DNA of 41,312 nt from an uncultured Muribaculaceae bacterium (GTDB lineage: Bacteria > Bacillota_I > Bacilli_A > RF39 > UBA660). The notes beneath the pieces are model-generated. The model was not told where the DNA came from. It was given only the letters and a program-made list of their open reading frames with translations, and ran no database searches. Position numbers and translations under genes: made by a program. Location: the NCBI GenBank assembly GCA_964492595.1, contig CAZBKY010000003.1:1-41312 (forward strand). Direction: 5' to 3'. Shown here piece after piece: positions 17,104 through 26,688 of the stretch; position 1 is the first letter of the stretch, and every line of letters begins with the position of its first letter.

Positions 17104-18009
17104 ATGAAAAGGGTAGTAGTTATGAACAATAATTTAATAGAAGAGTATAAAACATATATTTTGTTAACTAAAAAACTATCTGGAAACACTATTAAAAGTT
17201 ATTGTATTTCTTTATATAAATTTTTAAAATATATAAAGAAAGATTTAACATTAGTGAATGAAAAAGATATAACTAAATATTTATTTTATTTAAATAATAT
17301 CCTATCAGATAATTCTATAAATAATAAAATAGTTTCATTAAGAGAGTTTTATAAGTACTCATCTAGAAAGCATAACTTTGAAAACCCAATGATTAATTTT
17401 AATACGAGAAAAAGTTCAAAAAAACTACCTGTTTATTTAACAATTGAAGAAATTAATAAATTACTCTCTATTGATTTAAAAAACAAATTTGATTATAGAA
17501 ACAAGGCAATGCTTGAGTTGATGTATGCAACAGGTGTAAGAGTCAGTGAATTATTAAATTTAAAGTTAAATAGTATAGATATTACAAACTGTCTTATAAA
17601 AGTTGAGGGGAAGGGTAATAAAGAAAGAATATTACCTATAGGAGACACAGCTATTAAATATTTAACTATATATATAAATGAATACAGAAACAAGCTATTT
17701 CCTAAAAATAAACCATACAATAATTATTTATTTTTAAATAATCATGGAGATGAGTTAAGTAGAGTAACATTTTATAAAATTATAAAAAAAGAAGCAGTAA
17801 ATAAAGGCATAAGAAAGAATATAAGCCCTCATATATTAAGGCATAGTTTCGCGACACATATGCTGGAGGGTGGAGCAGATTTACGAAGTGTACAGTTATT
17901 GCTGGGTCATGAAAATATAACAACTACTGAAATATACACACATTTAAGTAATGATTTTGTTAAAAAAAGTTATTTTGAATCAAATCCAAGAGCAAAAAAG
18001 GAGGAGTAA
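17104..18009 (+). CDS. xerD: Tyrosine recombinase XerD/XerC family
   Basis: 301 aa. Catalytic motifs ATGVRVSEL, HILRHSFATHML, LLGHENITTTEIYTH. xerD-deoB linkage as in Bacilli. A dif site lies 2.2 kb downstream. Confidence 0.8.
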   Translation: MKRVVVMNNNLIEEYKTYILLTKKLSGNTIKSYCISLYKFLKYIKKDLTLVNEKDITKYLFYLNNILSDNSINNKIVSLREFYKYSSRKHNFENPMINFNTRKSSKKLPVYLTIEEINKLLSIDLKNKFDYRNKAMLELMYATGVRVSELLNLKLNSIDITNCLIKVEGKGNKERILPIGDTAIKYLTIYINEYRNKLFPKNKPYNNYLFLNNHGDELSRVTFYKIIKKEAVNKGIRKNISPHILRHSFATHMLEGGADLRSVQLLLGHENITTTEIYTHLSNDFVKKSYFESNPRAKKEE

Positions 18010-18012
18010 TTT

Positions 18013-19179
18013 ATGTTTAAAAGGATTTTTTTAATAGTATTAGACAGTGTAGGGGTGGGAGCCTCAGAAGATGCTGGTGAATATGGGGATGATGGTGCTA
18101 ATACATTAGGTCATATAGTTGAAGGAAAAAATTATAATCTCAATATAATGGAAAAACTTGGATTTTTAAATTTAGTCGGAAAAAATGAAAGTACAAAATA
18201 TAGTATCTACTGTAAAATGAGACCCAATAATGCAGGAAAAGACACATTAAATGGCCATTATGAAATTGTGGGAATAAAAAATGATTCTCCCTTTGCAACT
18301 TATCCAAACGGATTTCCCTTAGAGTTAATCTCTAAAATAAAAGAATTAAGTGGTAGAGATGTAATTGGAAATATAGTCGCATCAGGAACTGAAATTATCG
18401 ACAAATTGGGAGAAATGCAAATGAAAACAGGAGCTCTGATAATTTACACTTCAGCTGATTCAGTTTTACAAGTTGCTGCTCATGAAAATATAATACCATT
18501 GGAAGAATTATATGATATATGTCAGAAAATAAGAAATATAACTATAGGGGAACCATATAATATTGGAAGAATTATTGCCAGACCTTACATCGGAACTTTA
18601 AATAATTTTACTAGAACTTCAAATAGAAAAGATTTTGCCATAGATCCTCCACTTAATTTGCTTGATTTATTATATAAAAATAATCTTCAAACAATCTCAA
18701 TTGGTAAAATCTCAGATATATTTAATAATAAATCAATAAGTACTAAGTTAAAAATCAAAAATAATTTAGATGGCCTTATGAAAATGATTGATTTTTCAAA
18801 AGCAGATTTTAGCGGGTTGTGTTTTGTTAATTTAAATGATTTTGACTCCTTGTATGGTCATAGGAGAGATAAGGATAATTATTTAAAAGCTTTGGAAGAA
18901 TTCAATTATTATTTACCAATATTTTTAAAAAATATCAAAAAAACCGATTTGGTAATATTTACCGCCGATCATGGAAATGATCCTACATTTAAAGGAACAG
19001 ATCATACAAGAGAAAATGTGCCTCTTATCTTATTTAGTCCATACATAAAAAATTCAAGAAGAATAGGGGATAGATCAACATTTTCTGATATAAGCGCTAC
19101 AATTTTAGATAATTTTAATATAGAAAACCCCCTTACTATAGGAAATTCTATTATGAACGAAATAAAAAAAGAAGAATAA
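18013..19179 (+). CDS. deoB: Phosphopentomutase
   Basis: 388 aa. LDSVGVG, DFDSLYGHRRD, TADHGNDPT motifs. Confidence 0.95.
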   Translation: MFKRIFLIVLDSVGVGASEDAGEYGDDGANTLGHIVEGKNYNLNIMEKLGFLNLVGKNESTKYSIYCKMRPNNAGKDTLNGHYEIVGIKNDSPFATYPNGFPLELISKIKELSGRDVIGNIVASGTEIIDKLGEMQMKTGALIIYTSADSVLQVAAHENIIPLEELYDICQKIRNITIGEPYNIGRIIARPYIGTLNNFTRTSNRKDFAIDPPLNLLDLLYKNNLQTISIGKISDIFNNKSISTKLKIKNNLDGLMKMIDFSKADFSGLCFVNLNDFDSLYGHRRDKDNYLKALEEFNYYLPIFLKNIKKTDLVIFTADHGNDPTFKGTDHTRENVPLILFSPYIKNSRRIGDRSTFSDISATILDNFNIENPLTIGNSIMNEIKKEE

Positions 19180-19191
19180 ATCTTCTTTTTT
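19164..19191. terminator. Bidirectional intrinsic terminator
   Basis: AAAAAAGAAGA-ATAAA-TCTTCTTTTTT. It serves deoB (+) and the convergent small ORF (-). Confidence 0.65.
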
Positions 19192-19208
19192 AGGCTGTTA
19201 AATAACAA

Positions 19209-19331
19209 TTATTTTCTAGCTCTACTTCTACTTCTACTTTTTGAATTTGAAGTATTTCTTGCATTATTAGTTCTAGCTCTACTTCTACTTCTTGAATTTG
19301 TAGAATTTGCTCTAGCTCTTGTATTAGCCAT
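19209..19331 (-). CDS. Unannotated 40-aa Arg/Ser-rich basic peptide
   Basis: MANTRARANSTNSRSRSRARTNNARNTSNSKSRSRSRARK. SD GGTGGTGA lies 7 nt upstream of the ATG, and a terminator lies downstream. The gene is built from two 57-nt tandem units (19214-19270 and 19271-19327). Confidence 0.5.
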   Translation of the reverse strand: MANTRARANSTNSRSRSRARTNNARNTSNSKSRSRSRARK

Positions 19332-19391
19332 TTTTATATCACCACCTACAATTATTATGGAAAAAATTTAATTATAAATGCATATAGTTAA

Positions 19392-20168
19392 GTGATTCTT
19401 ATGGAAATATTTGGACCTTTGCTAATATCCACTATATCTGGGCTTTCTACAGTTATCGGTGGACTGATAGTATATTTAAAAATTAAAAAAAGAGATGAAT
19501 TTATCACCACTTGTCTTAGTTTTTCATTAAGTGTTATGATTATGGTATCTATTATTGAACTAATACCAGACTCTTCTTATATAATAATACAAAAATACGG
19601 ATATTTTTATGGTTTTATAATATTTATATTAGTTTTTTTAATTGGAATGATTTTAGTTAATTATATAAATAAAAAAATAGATAAAATATCAAATAGTTAC
19701 TGCTATGACTCTTCAAGTAAAAATTTGTATAGAGTAGGGTTATTAAGTATGTTTGCCCTTATGCTTCATAATTTTCCAGAAGGAATCGCTACGTTTATGA
19801 GTGCTTATAAAGATTTAACTTTAGGAATTAGCCTTGGACTCGCTATAATGATGCATAATATTCCAGAAGGAATATCTATTGCTGTACCTATTTACTACTC
19901 TACAGGCTCAAGAATAAGAGGAGTAGTGTACTCTCTTATATCTGGTATTGCAGAACCTATTGGTGCATTACTTACATATATAATATTTAAGAATTATATA
20001 ACTGATATATCATTAAGTATAGTATTAATATTAGTTGCAGGAATTATGATAACATTATCAATAAATAAATTATTTCCAGAAGTTTTAAAATATAACAAAA
20101 AAAAGAATATGATAATTGGTATGGCATTAGGTGTAGTAGTGGTTCTTATTAATCATTTCTTATTGTGA
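19392..20168 (+). CDS. zupT: ZIP family zinc transporter
   Basis: Polytopic membrane protein with HNFPEGIATF and HNIPEGISIA motifs. The start is either GTG at 19392 or, more likely, ATG at 19401. Confidence 0.9.
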   Translation: MILMEIFGPLLISTISGLSTVIGGLIVYLKIKKRDEFITTCLSFSLSVMIMVSIIELIPDSSYIIIQKYGYFYGFIIFILVFLIGMILVNYINKKIDKISNSYCYDSSSKNLYRVGLLSMFALMLHNFPEGIATFMSAYKDLTLGISLGLAIMMHNIPEGISIAVPIYYSTGSRIRGVVYSLISGIAEPIGALLTYIIFKNYITDISLSIVLILVAGIMITLSINKLFPEVLKYNKKKNMIIGMALGVVVVLINHFLL

Positions 20169-20177
20169 ATATATAGA

Positions 20178-20205
20178 AGTTAACATAATATATATTATAC
20201 GAAGT
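20178..20205 (-). other. dif: dif chromosome-dimer resolution site (XerC/XerD target)
   Basis: The - strand reads ACTTCGTATAA-TATATA-TTATGTTAACT. The B. subtilis dif as I recall it is ACTTCCTAGAA-TATATA-TTATGTAAACT, giving 25 of 28 identical positions. It lies in the convergent intergenic gap where gene orientation switches. Confidence 0.75.
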
Positions 20206-20295
20206 ACACCATATAAGTAAAAATACTTAATCAACAATTTTCTATCTATCCAACATATTAAATATAACACATTTATAAAAGTGTCTACTTATTTT

Positions 20296-20601
20296 CTAAA
20301 AATATATAATAATAATTGCCAAAAACAATAAAATAATTAAAGGTATCACAGAAAACAATATAAAATTAGAATGCTTTTCTTCTTGTTTTTTATATTCTCC
20401 TATACTATCAATCTTATTAAGATTAATAGTTTTAAATTTAATATAAACAAAAATTATCAAAAAAATTAATAACAACAAAATAATAATATTTATTGTATAC
20501 AAAGTTTTGAAATTATTTATCATAAATAAATAATTTTCATAATAATCTCCTACTGAATTATATATAGAATTTAATTGATTATTAAAATCCAAAATATTCA
20601 C
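20296..20601 (-). CDS. Small membrane protein (2 TM)
   Basis: 101-aa ORF with two strongly hydrophobic segments. It lies 35 nt downstream of the HTH gene on the same strand. Confidence 0.5.
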   Translation of the reverse strand: MNILDFNNQLNSIYNSVGDYYENYLFMINNFKTLYTINIIILLLLIFLIIFVYIKFKTINLNKIDSIGEYKKQEEKHSNFILFSVIPLIILLFLAIIIIYF

Positions 20602-20635
20602 TTTCCCTACTCTCTTTAAAAATAATTACAATAGT

Positions 20636-21412
20636 TTAAGCCTTTCTAGATTGTATTTCTGCAATTTTATTAAATACTTCTGTGGCATTATCCTTGGTTA
20701 TTTCTTTCAATCCCAATTCTTTTAATGCCTGCACTTTTAAATAATTTAATTGTTGAGTTCTAGATAGTGTTTCTTCTTTTTCTGCATTAATTTCCTGTAC
20801 AAATCTATTGTGTGAATCAACTAATTTACTTTTAGTCGCACCACCATTATTATATAGAGTAAATGCAGTAAAAATAATACTTTCTAAAATAAATTGCTTA
20901 GATTCATTAAATTTAAATTCCATCGGGTCTGTAAAACCAGTTTTTTTTGATAAATATGCAAACAAATATTTGATTTCAGGCACGTTTTCCATTGACTGTA
21001 AAATATGGTATAAATATAAGAAAGAATAATATGTATCCTCTTCTTTTTTATCATCTGTAAATTTTTCTTTTATAATAAATACTATATCATTTAATAAAGT
21101 TTTTTCTTCTTTAGATAGTTCTTTTAAATCAAAAAACTGTTCATTTCCCATATCATCTTTAATATTTTGATATAGTCTAGTTTCAACCTGTTCCAAATAT
21201 TCCGCATTAATTTTAATTGCCCTTAAAGTCTCTTCATTTCCATCTTGTATATCAAATAATTTAAAAAGTAAAATTTTCTTTTCTTTAGGCCATTTATTTA
21301 GATTTTCAAGTTCTAAATAATTATATATCATTTGCCTAGATACATTTAAATACTTCGCTAATTTTACCTTTGATATTCCCAATTCCTGCAATAAATCATT
21401 TAAATAAGTCAT
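20636..21412 (-). CDS. XRE-type HTH domain protein with a large uncharacterised C-terminal domain
   Basis: 258 aa. N-terminal LGISKVKLAKYLNVSRQMIYNYLE. SD GGGAGGTAAG. Promoter TTGACA-16-TATACA upstream. Confidence 0.65.
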   Translation of the reverse strand: MTYLNDLLQELGISKVKLAKYLNVSRQMIYNYLELENLNKWPKEKKILLFKLFDIQDGNEETLRAIKINAEYLEQVETRLYQNIKDDMGNEQFFDLKELSKEEKTLLNDIVFIIKEKFTDDKKEEDTYYSFLYLYHILQSMENVPEIKYLFAYLSKKTGFTDPMEFKFNESKQFILESIIFTAFTLYNNGGATKSKLVDSHNRFVQEINAEKEETLSRTQQLNYLKVQALKELGLKEITKDNATEVFNKIAEIQSRKA

Positions 21413-21685
21413 TATAAACTTACCTCCCTACTCTACACTATAATTGTATAATCTTTACATATATTATGTCAAGTAAAAAGTAAATTAAAATTTATAAAAA
21501 ACACTTGATTTTATTATTTATATAATATTCAAAGGAGAATATAATTTTTATAAATTTTAATGAAAAATGGAAATTCTACACAACTAAAGCTTATGTTATT
21601 AATCGTTTCTTTACTGATTTTATAAAAGGATTATTTTGCAAAGCACATATTTGCAAGTAGCTATGAACCTAAACTTCTAAATAGA

Positions 21686-21715
21686 CAAAAACTCGATAAT
21701 AATAATCGAGTTTTT
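21686..21715 (-). terminator. Intrinsic (bidirectional) terminator after the 71-aa gene
   Basis: A-run, CTCGAT, 7-nt loop, ATCGAG, T5. Confidence 0.6.
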
Positions 21716-21721
21716 AAATTT

Positions 21722-21937
21722 TTAATTTATACTACGCATTCTTGAAATAGGCTTTACGTAATCAATATGTGAACCTTTATTAAGACGACTTGATATTTTC
21801 AAAAAAATTTGTCTTCTTGTTTCTTCATAAATTTGAAGTTTTGTTCCTGTTGAAACGAATCCATCTAATTCAGCTACTTTTTTACGAGCTAAATCGTTTG
21901 CATAATCTAATATTTTAACAGTTATACTTGTTTCCAT
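21722..21937 (-). CDS. Small hypothetical protein
   Basis: 71 aa. Strong SD AAAGGGGGT and an extended -10 TGATATAAT in the 48-nt gap after mnmA. No family recognised. Confidence 0.55.
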   Translation of the reverse strand: METSITVKILDYANDLARKKVAELDGFVSTGTKLQIYEETRRQIFLKISSRLNKGSHIDYVKPISRMRSIN

Positions 21938-21985
21938 TTTTTAGTACCCCCTTTTTAAATTTCAATTGATTATATCACAGAAGTT

Positions 21986-23077
21986 TTATAAATACCACAA
22001 CTTTTTACCGCTTTTTCTAACTTCTTTAATAATTCCTCCGATAATCATTTCATTATTATAGTATATTGCACTTGCTTGACCTGGTGTAACTGAAGTGGCT
22101 TCATCATATTTTAATAATATTTCTGTTTCACTTAAATATTCTATCTTTACATTAATATATTCAGATCTGTATCTGAATTTACATTTAGCTTTCTCTGGTC
22201 TTATATCACTTATAAAATTAACTTTTTCAATTAAAGCTTCATCAGATATTAAATATTTATTGTCATTACCGAAAGCTATATACAAAATATTTTTCGAAAC
22301 ATCTTTCCCACAAACATAATGCCTTTTTTCATTTCCTGAAACGCCTACATTTCTTCTTTGACCTATTGTATAATTCATTAGACCTTTATGTTTACCAATT
22401 ATATTAAGTGAGTCAATATCTATAATATCTCCTTCAATTCCTTTTAAATAGTTAGATATAAATTTTTGATAATTTCTTTCTCCTATAAAACATATACCTG
22501 TAGAATCTTTTTTATCATGTATATTTAAATTATTTTCTTTAGCTAATTTCCTGACTTCATCTTTAGTATAATCTCCAAGCGGAAATAATATATTTTTAAA
22601 TTGTTTCCTGCTTACTTGAGATAAAAAATATGTTTGATCTTTATTTCTATCTTTAGCAGTATAAACTTTTCCATCTTTTATTTTAGCATAATGTCCAGTC
22701 GCAACTTTATCAGCTCCCAAAGACATAGCCTCTTTAATAAATAAATCAAATTTAATATATTTATTGCACATAACATCAGGGTTTGGGGTTCTTCCTTTTT
22801 TTAATTCATCCAAAAAATACTTAAATACATAATCCCAATATTCTTTGATAAAATCAATTCTATAAAGAGGTATTGATAACTCTTCACAAACATTCTTAGC
22901 ATCTATGTAATCTAGCTCCTGGGGACAAATACTTTCTGTAATGCCTTCTTTGTCATTATTGATATTACTATCCCAGTTTTTCATAAACAAGCCGATTACT
23001 TCATGACCTTCTTTTTTTAGCAAGAAAGCCGCAACAGCACTATCAACCCCACCACTCATACCAACAATTACTTTCAT
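21986..23077 (-). CDS. mnmA: tRNA 2-thiouridine(34) synthase
   Basis: PP-loop MKVIVGMSGGVDSAV, then TPNPDVMCNKYIKF and GICFIG. Start moved from the track (23113) to M13. Confidence 0.95.
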   Translation of the reverse strand: MKVIVGMSGGVDSAVAAFLLKKEGHEVIGLFMKNWDSNINNDKEGITESICPQELDYIDAKNVCEELSIPLYRIDFIKEYWDYVFKYFLDELKKGRTPNPDVMCNKYIKFDLFIKEAMSLGADKVATGHYAKIKDGKVYTAKDRNKDQTYFLSQVSRKQFKNILFPLGDYTKDEVRKLAKENNLNIHDKKDSTGICFIGERNYQKFISNYLKGIEGDIIDIDSLNIIGKHKGLMNYTIGQRRNVGVSGNEKRHYVCGKDVSKNILYIAFGNDNKYLISDEALIEKVNFISDIRPEKAKCKFRYRSEYINVKIEYLSETEILLKYDEATSVTPGQASAIYYNNEMIIGGIIKEVRKSGKKLWYL

Positions 23078-23102
23078 ATGTGCCTCACTTAATCTGGTAT
23101 GA

Positions 23103-23693
23103 TTATACCACAAGTTTTATTAAAATAGTATTAAAAAATACCTCTAAAAGACTACTTATAATACCTAATATTATAAATATAAAATAAGTTGTTATATATT
23201 TTTTACTAAGTATTTTCAAACTTATTTTCTCATCATTTTTTATTTTATAATACAAACTTTTACTAAATTTTAATACTATTACAGATAAAGTAATGATAAG
23301 AGCGATATTTATAAATTCATGAGGAAACATAAATATTACCGAATATATAAGTCCTTTCAACTTATATACATATATAAATGAAGAAATAGAAAACCCAAAT
23401 AAAAAACCCTTATAAAATATTAAAAAATAAATTAAAGGAAAGAATATAAATAATATTCCAACTGCCCAGATAATAGTAATGTATAAAAGATTAATCTTGA
23501 TACTATTTATAAAAGCACTAAAATATTGATAGTTGTTTGAATTGATAAGAGAAATATATTCTTCAAGTTCTTTTTTCAAAATAGATTTATCTAAATCAGT
23601 AATAAAAAATATAAAAGTTAACCCAAAAGCTAGTCCAATTGCAAATATAATTAATAAAGATAATAAATTTTTTCTATTTTTAAATTTTTTCAT
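23103..23693 (-). CDS. spoIIM: SpoIIM/DUF95 family integral membrane protein
   Basis: 196 aa, polytopic. FPHEFINIALII resembles the PHGxxExP motif of stage II sporulation protein M. B. subtilis has spoIIM near xerD. Confidence 0.55.
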   Translation of the reverse strand: MKKFKNRKNLLSLLIIFAIGLAFGLTFIFFITDLDKSILKKELEEYISLINSNNYQYFSAFINSIKINLLYITIIWAVGILFIFFPLIYFLIFYKGFLFGFSISSFIYVYKLKGLIYSVIFMFPHEFINIALIITLSVIVLKFSKSLYYKIKNDEKISLKILSKKYITTYFIFIILGIISSLLEVFFNTILIKLVV

Positions 23694-23742
23694 ATTTAAT
23701 TATATTTAATATATTTTATTTTATGAAAAAACATAATTATTA

Positions 23743-24336
23743 TTATTTTATCTTTTTAAGAACAATATTCAGCCAAACATTATCCCTTTGCAAAGCATCA
23801 CTCGTTATTATATATTCCAATAATTTTAAATTTTTTATTTGCTTTAAAATATCATTGAATTTATCTTCAGTCATGTCATTAAAATGGCGATCATTAATAA
23901 CATCTTCCCTTTCTTCAAACCCATATTTAAAACACATATAAAAATATCCATTTAATTTTAAAGATTTAGAGAGTATTTTTATAACTTCCAATAATTCTTC
24001 ATTTGTTAGGTGAACTAGTGAAGCACAGGCCCATATAGCATCGTAAAGATTTATGTCGTTTATTTGGTAATAGTTTTTACAAATTACTTCTTGTTCGATT
24101 AATTGAGTAGCCAATGTACAAAGTTCTTTTGACCCATCTAAAGCTCTAACTTTATATCCCAAATTGATAAAAGCTTTACTGTCTCTTCCTGAGCCACAGC
24201 CTACATCAAAAATATAATTTCCTGCTTTTAAATACTTTAATAATATTTGTCTATTGAAATCAAAATCTAAATCTTTAGTAGAATTGAAATATTTGAGAGC
24301 ATTTTCTTCATAATAATGAATATCATCTTTTTTCAT
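23743..24336 (-). CDS. Class I SAM-dependent methyltransferase
   Basis: 197 aa. Motif I is DVGCGSGRD, with an acidic residue at the end of beta-2 (RALDGS). Confidence 0.8.
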   Translation of the reverse strand: MKKDDIHYYEENALKYFNSTKDLDFDFNRQILLKYLKAGNYIFDVGCGSGRDSKAFINLGYKVRALDGSKELCTLATQLIEQEVICKNYYQINDINLYDAIWACASLVHLTNEELLEVIKILSKSLKLNGYFYMCFKYGFEEREDVINDRHFNDMTEDKFNDILKQIKNLKLLEYIITSDALQRDNVWLNIVLKKIK

Positions 24337-24562
24337 AAATTTAAAACCTCTATTTTATTATACATTATTCCATTTCTATTAGTTGCTTATTTGAAATATT
24401 TTCAAATTTTTGAATTCGATTATCCATCGTTAATAATTTCATTTGATGTATAGCTATATTATTAAGTTTAATTAATCTATCACTTTGATTTAAACCTTCA
24501 AATATTATTTGCTAAATTTTTTATTTTAATTTTTTAATTTGATTCATTATTTACTCTCTTTC

Positions 24563-25414
24563 TTATTTATTCAAATATATTTTATTACTTTCATTTTTAT
24601 ATCCCTCCACTAAGTTTTTCATCAGCATAACCACAGTCATTGGCCCCACTCCACCAGGGACTGGCGTTATAAAAGATACATTATCCTTTACAGAATCAAA
24701 ATCAACATCTCCATATATTTTACCATTTTCTCTTGAAATACCTACATCAATTATCACACTTCTTTTTTTTATCATATATTCTGTTATTAAATGTTTTACT
24801 CCTGTAGCCGATATTAAAATATCTGCATTTTTAGTATACATTTCTAGATTTTCTGTTTTTGAATGACATATACTAACAGTTGCGTCCATATTTAATAATA
24901 AATGAAATAATGGAATAGATACTAAATTACTTCTTCCTATTATAACTATATTTTTACCTGATGGATTTATATTATAATAGCTTAATAATTTTATTATACC
25001 AAGAGGAGTACATGGGATAAATCCAGGTTCCTTCTTAATTAACTTAGTTATATTATAATCAGTGAGTCCATCTATATCTTTTGATGGATTTATTAAATTT
25101 ACAAGATAGTTAGTATCCATTCCCGAAGGAAGAGGCAGCTGAATAATAATCCCATTTATATTTTCATCATTGTTTAACTCTGATAATTTATTTTTAATTG
25201 CATCTAACTCTTCATTTTCATTAAATTTTATATGAATAAATTTTATACCAAGATAATCAGCTAGCTTTTGTTTTTGATTTATATAAATATTACTTGCTTC
25301 ATTATTACCAACTTGTATAACTGCAAGCCCTAACTTATAGTTGTTTTTAATAATTTCTGATTTCAAGTCTTCCTTGATTTCATCAGATACTTTTTTACCA
25401 GCAATAAAATTCAT
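24563..25414 (-). CDS. folD: Bifunctional methylenetetrahydrofolate dehydrogenase/cyclohydrolase
   Basis: 283 aa. IIGRSNLVSIPL, PVPGGVGPMTV. Confidence 0.95.
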   Translation of the reverse strand: MNFIAGKKVSDEIKEDLKSEIIKNNYKLGLAVIQVGNNEASNIYINQKQKLADYLGIKFIHIKFNENEELDAIKNKLSELNNDENINGIIIQLPLPSGMDTNYLVNLINPSKDIDGLTDYNITKLIKKEPGFIPCTPLGIIKLLSYYNINPSGKNIVIIGRSNLVSIPLFHLLLNMDATVSICHSKTENLEMYTKNADILISATGVKHLITEYMIKKRSVIIDVGISRENGKIYGDVDFDSVKDNVSFITPVPGGVGPMTVVMLMKNLVEGYKNESNKIYLNK

Positions 25415-25416
25415 TA

Positions 25417-26652
25417 CTATCTTTTCCTTTTCAATAGCATTTCTACATCTTTTTTTAATGGCATAACATCTTCGTTATGAACAAATCTATTGAAAGCCTC
25501 TATAATGATATGGGCTGTTTCTTCAAAATCTTTTTCTTTAAAGCCTTTTGTTGTCATTGCAGGACTTCCAAGTCTAATTCCGCTCGTTACCATTTTAGAT
25601 AAAGTGTCATAGGGAATTGAGTTTCTGTTAATTACTATGTTTATCTCTTCAAGCAGGTTTTGAGCCTCCAACCCTGTTATACCAAGAGTATGATTTATGT
25701 CAATAAGCAGTAAATGATTATCAGTTCCTCCAGATATTAAACGATAGCCGGCTTCTTTAAATACCGCCTCCATTGCTTTAATATTTTTTAGAGTTTGTTT
25801 CTGGTAATCTATAAATTCTTTTCTTTGAGCTTCAGTAAAACACTGTGCCTTTGCGGCGATTACATGCATTAAAGGACCACCCTGCATTCCGGGGAAATTA
25901 GCTTTATTTATCTTTTTAATTATCTCTTCAGAATTTGTTAAAATTATTCCACCTCTTGGTCCTCTTAAAGTCTTATGAGTGGTGCTTGTAACTATATCTG
26001 AATAAGGAAACGGGCTTGGATGAACACCAGAGGCGACAAGCCCTGATATGTGTGCGATATCAGCCATTAAATATGCTCCGCAGCTATCGGCAATTTCTCT
26101 GAATTTTGAGAAATCTATTATTCTTGGATATGCGGAAGCTCCAGCAATTATAAGTTTTGGTTTTTCCGCTTCAGCAATTTGTTTTAAATTATCATAATCA
26201 ATTAGCTCGGTTTCGGGATCTACTTTATAATCTATAATATTATATAATATACCGCTGGCATTTACTGGATGACCATGAGATAAATGACCTCCATGAGACA
26301 AGTTCATGCTTAAAATCTTATCTCCAGGAGAAAGAAGTGCCAGATATACAATTAGATTTGCAGAAGCCCCTGAATGAGGCTGAACATTTGCATATTTACA
26401 ATTAAAAAGTGCTGTGGCTCCTACAATTGCTTCATTTTCAACCATATCAACAAATTCACATCCACCATAATATCTTTTCCCTGGGTATCCCTCTGCATAT
26501 TTATTTGTTAAGACACTTCCCTGAATCCTCATTATATCATCCGATACAAAATTTTCTGAAGCAATTAAATTTATAGTATCCCCCTCTCTTTCTTCTTCTT
26601 TTCTTATTGCCTTTTCAATTATTTTATTTAACATATTCTTCACCTGATACAA
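25417..26652 (-). CDS. glyA: Serine hydroxymethyltransferase
   Basis: 411 aa. SHGGHLSHG; [12 protein letters not shown] (PLP lysine). Confidence 0.97.
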   Translation of the reverse strand: MYQVKNMLNKIIEKAIRKEEEREGDTINLIASENFVSDDIMRIQGSVLTNKYAEGYPGKRYYGGCEFVDMVENEAIVGATALFNCKYANVQPHSGASANLIVYLALLSPGDKILSMNLSHGGHLSHGHPVNASGILYNIIDYKVDPETELIDYDNLKQIAEAEKPKLIIAGASAYPRIIDFSKFREIADSCGAYLMADIAHISGLVASGVHPSPFPYSDIVTSTTHKTLRGPRGGIILTNSEEIIKKINKANFPGMQGGPLMHVIAAKAQCFTEAQRKEFIDYQKQTLKNIKAMEAVFKEAGYRLISGGTDNHLLLIDINHTLGITGLEAQNLLEEINIVINRNSIPYDTLSKMVTSGIRLGSPAMTTKGFKEKDFEETAHIIIEAFNRFVHNEDVMPLKKDVEMLLKRKR

Positions 26653-26688
26653 TTATATATCATAATTATCCAAACAAAAAGGAGAAAT

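Noticed and set aside
21560-21625. A 21-codon hydrophobic ORF, considered as a type I toxin.
   Set aside because: The nearest SD-like sequence is about 21 nt from the ATG, I could identify no antisense RNA signals, and the peptide lacks the charged C-terminus typical of such toxins. It is mentioned only as context in the dif-adjacent finding.
24365-24520. A 51-codon open frame on the - strand in the folD/methyltransferase gap (..LNQSDRLIKLNNIAIHQMKLLTMDNRIQKFENISNKQLIEME), faintly reminiscent of Spo0E-like phosphatases (SQELD motif).
   Set aside because: It has no start codon at the 5' end and no SD. The motif is only loosely similar and in the wrong position relative to the family. It may be a gene remnant but is unsupported.
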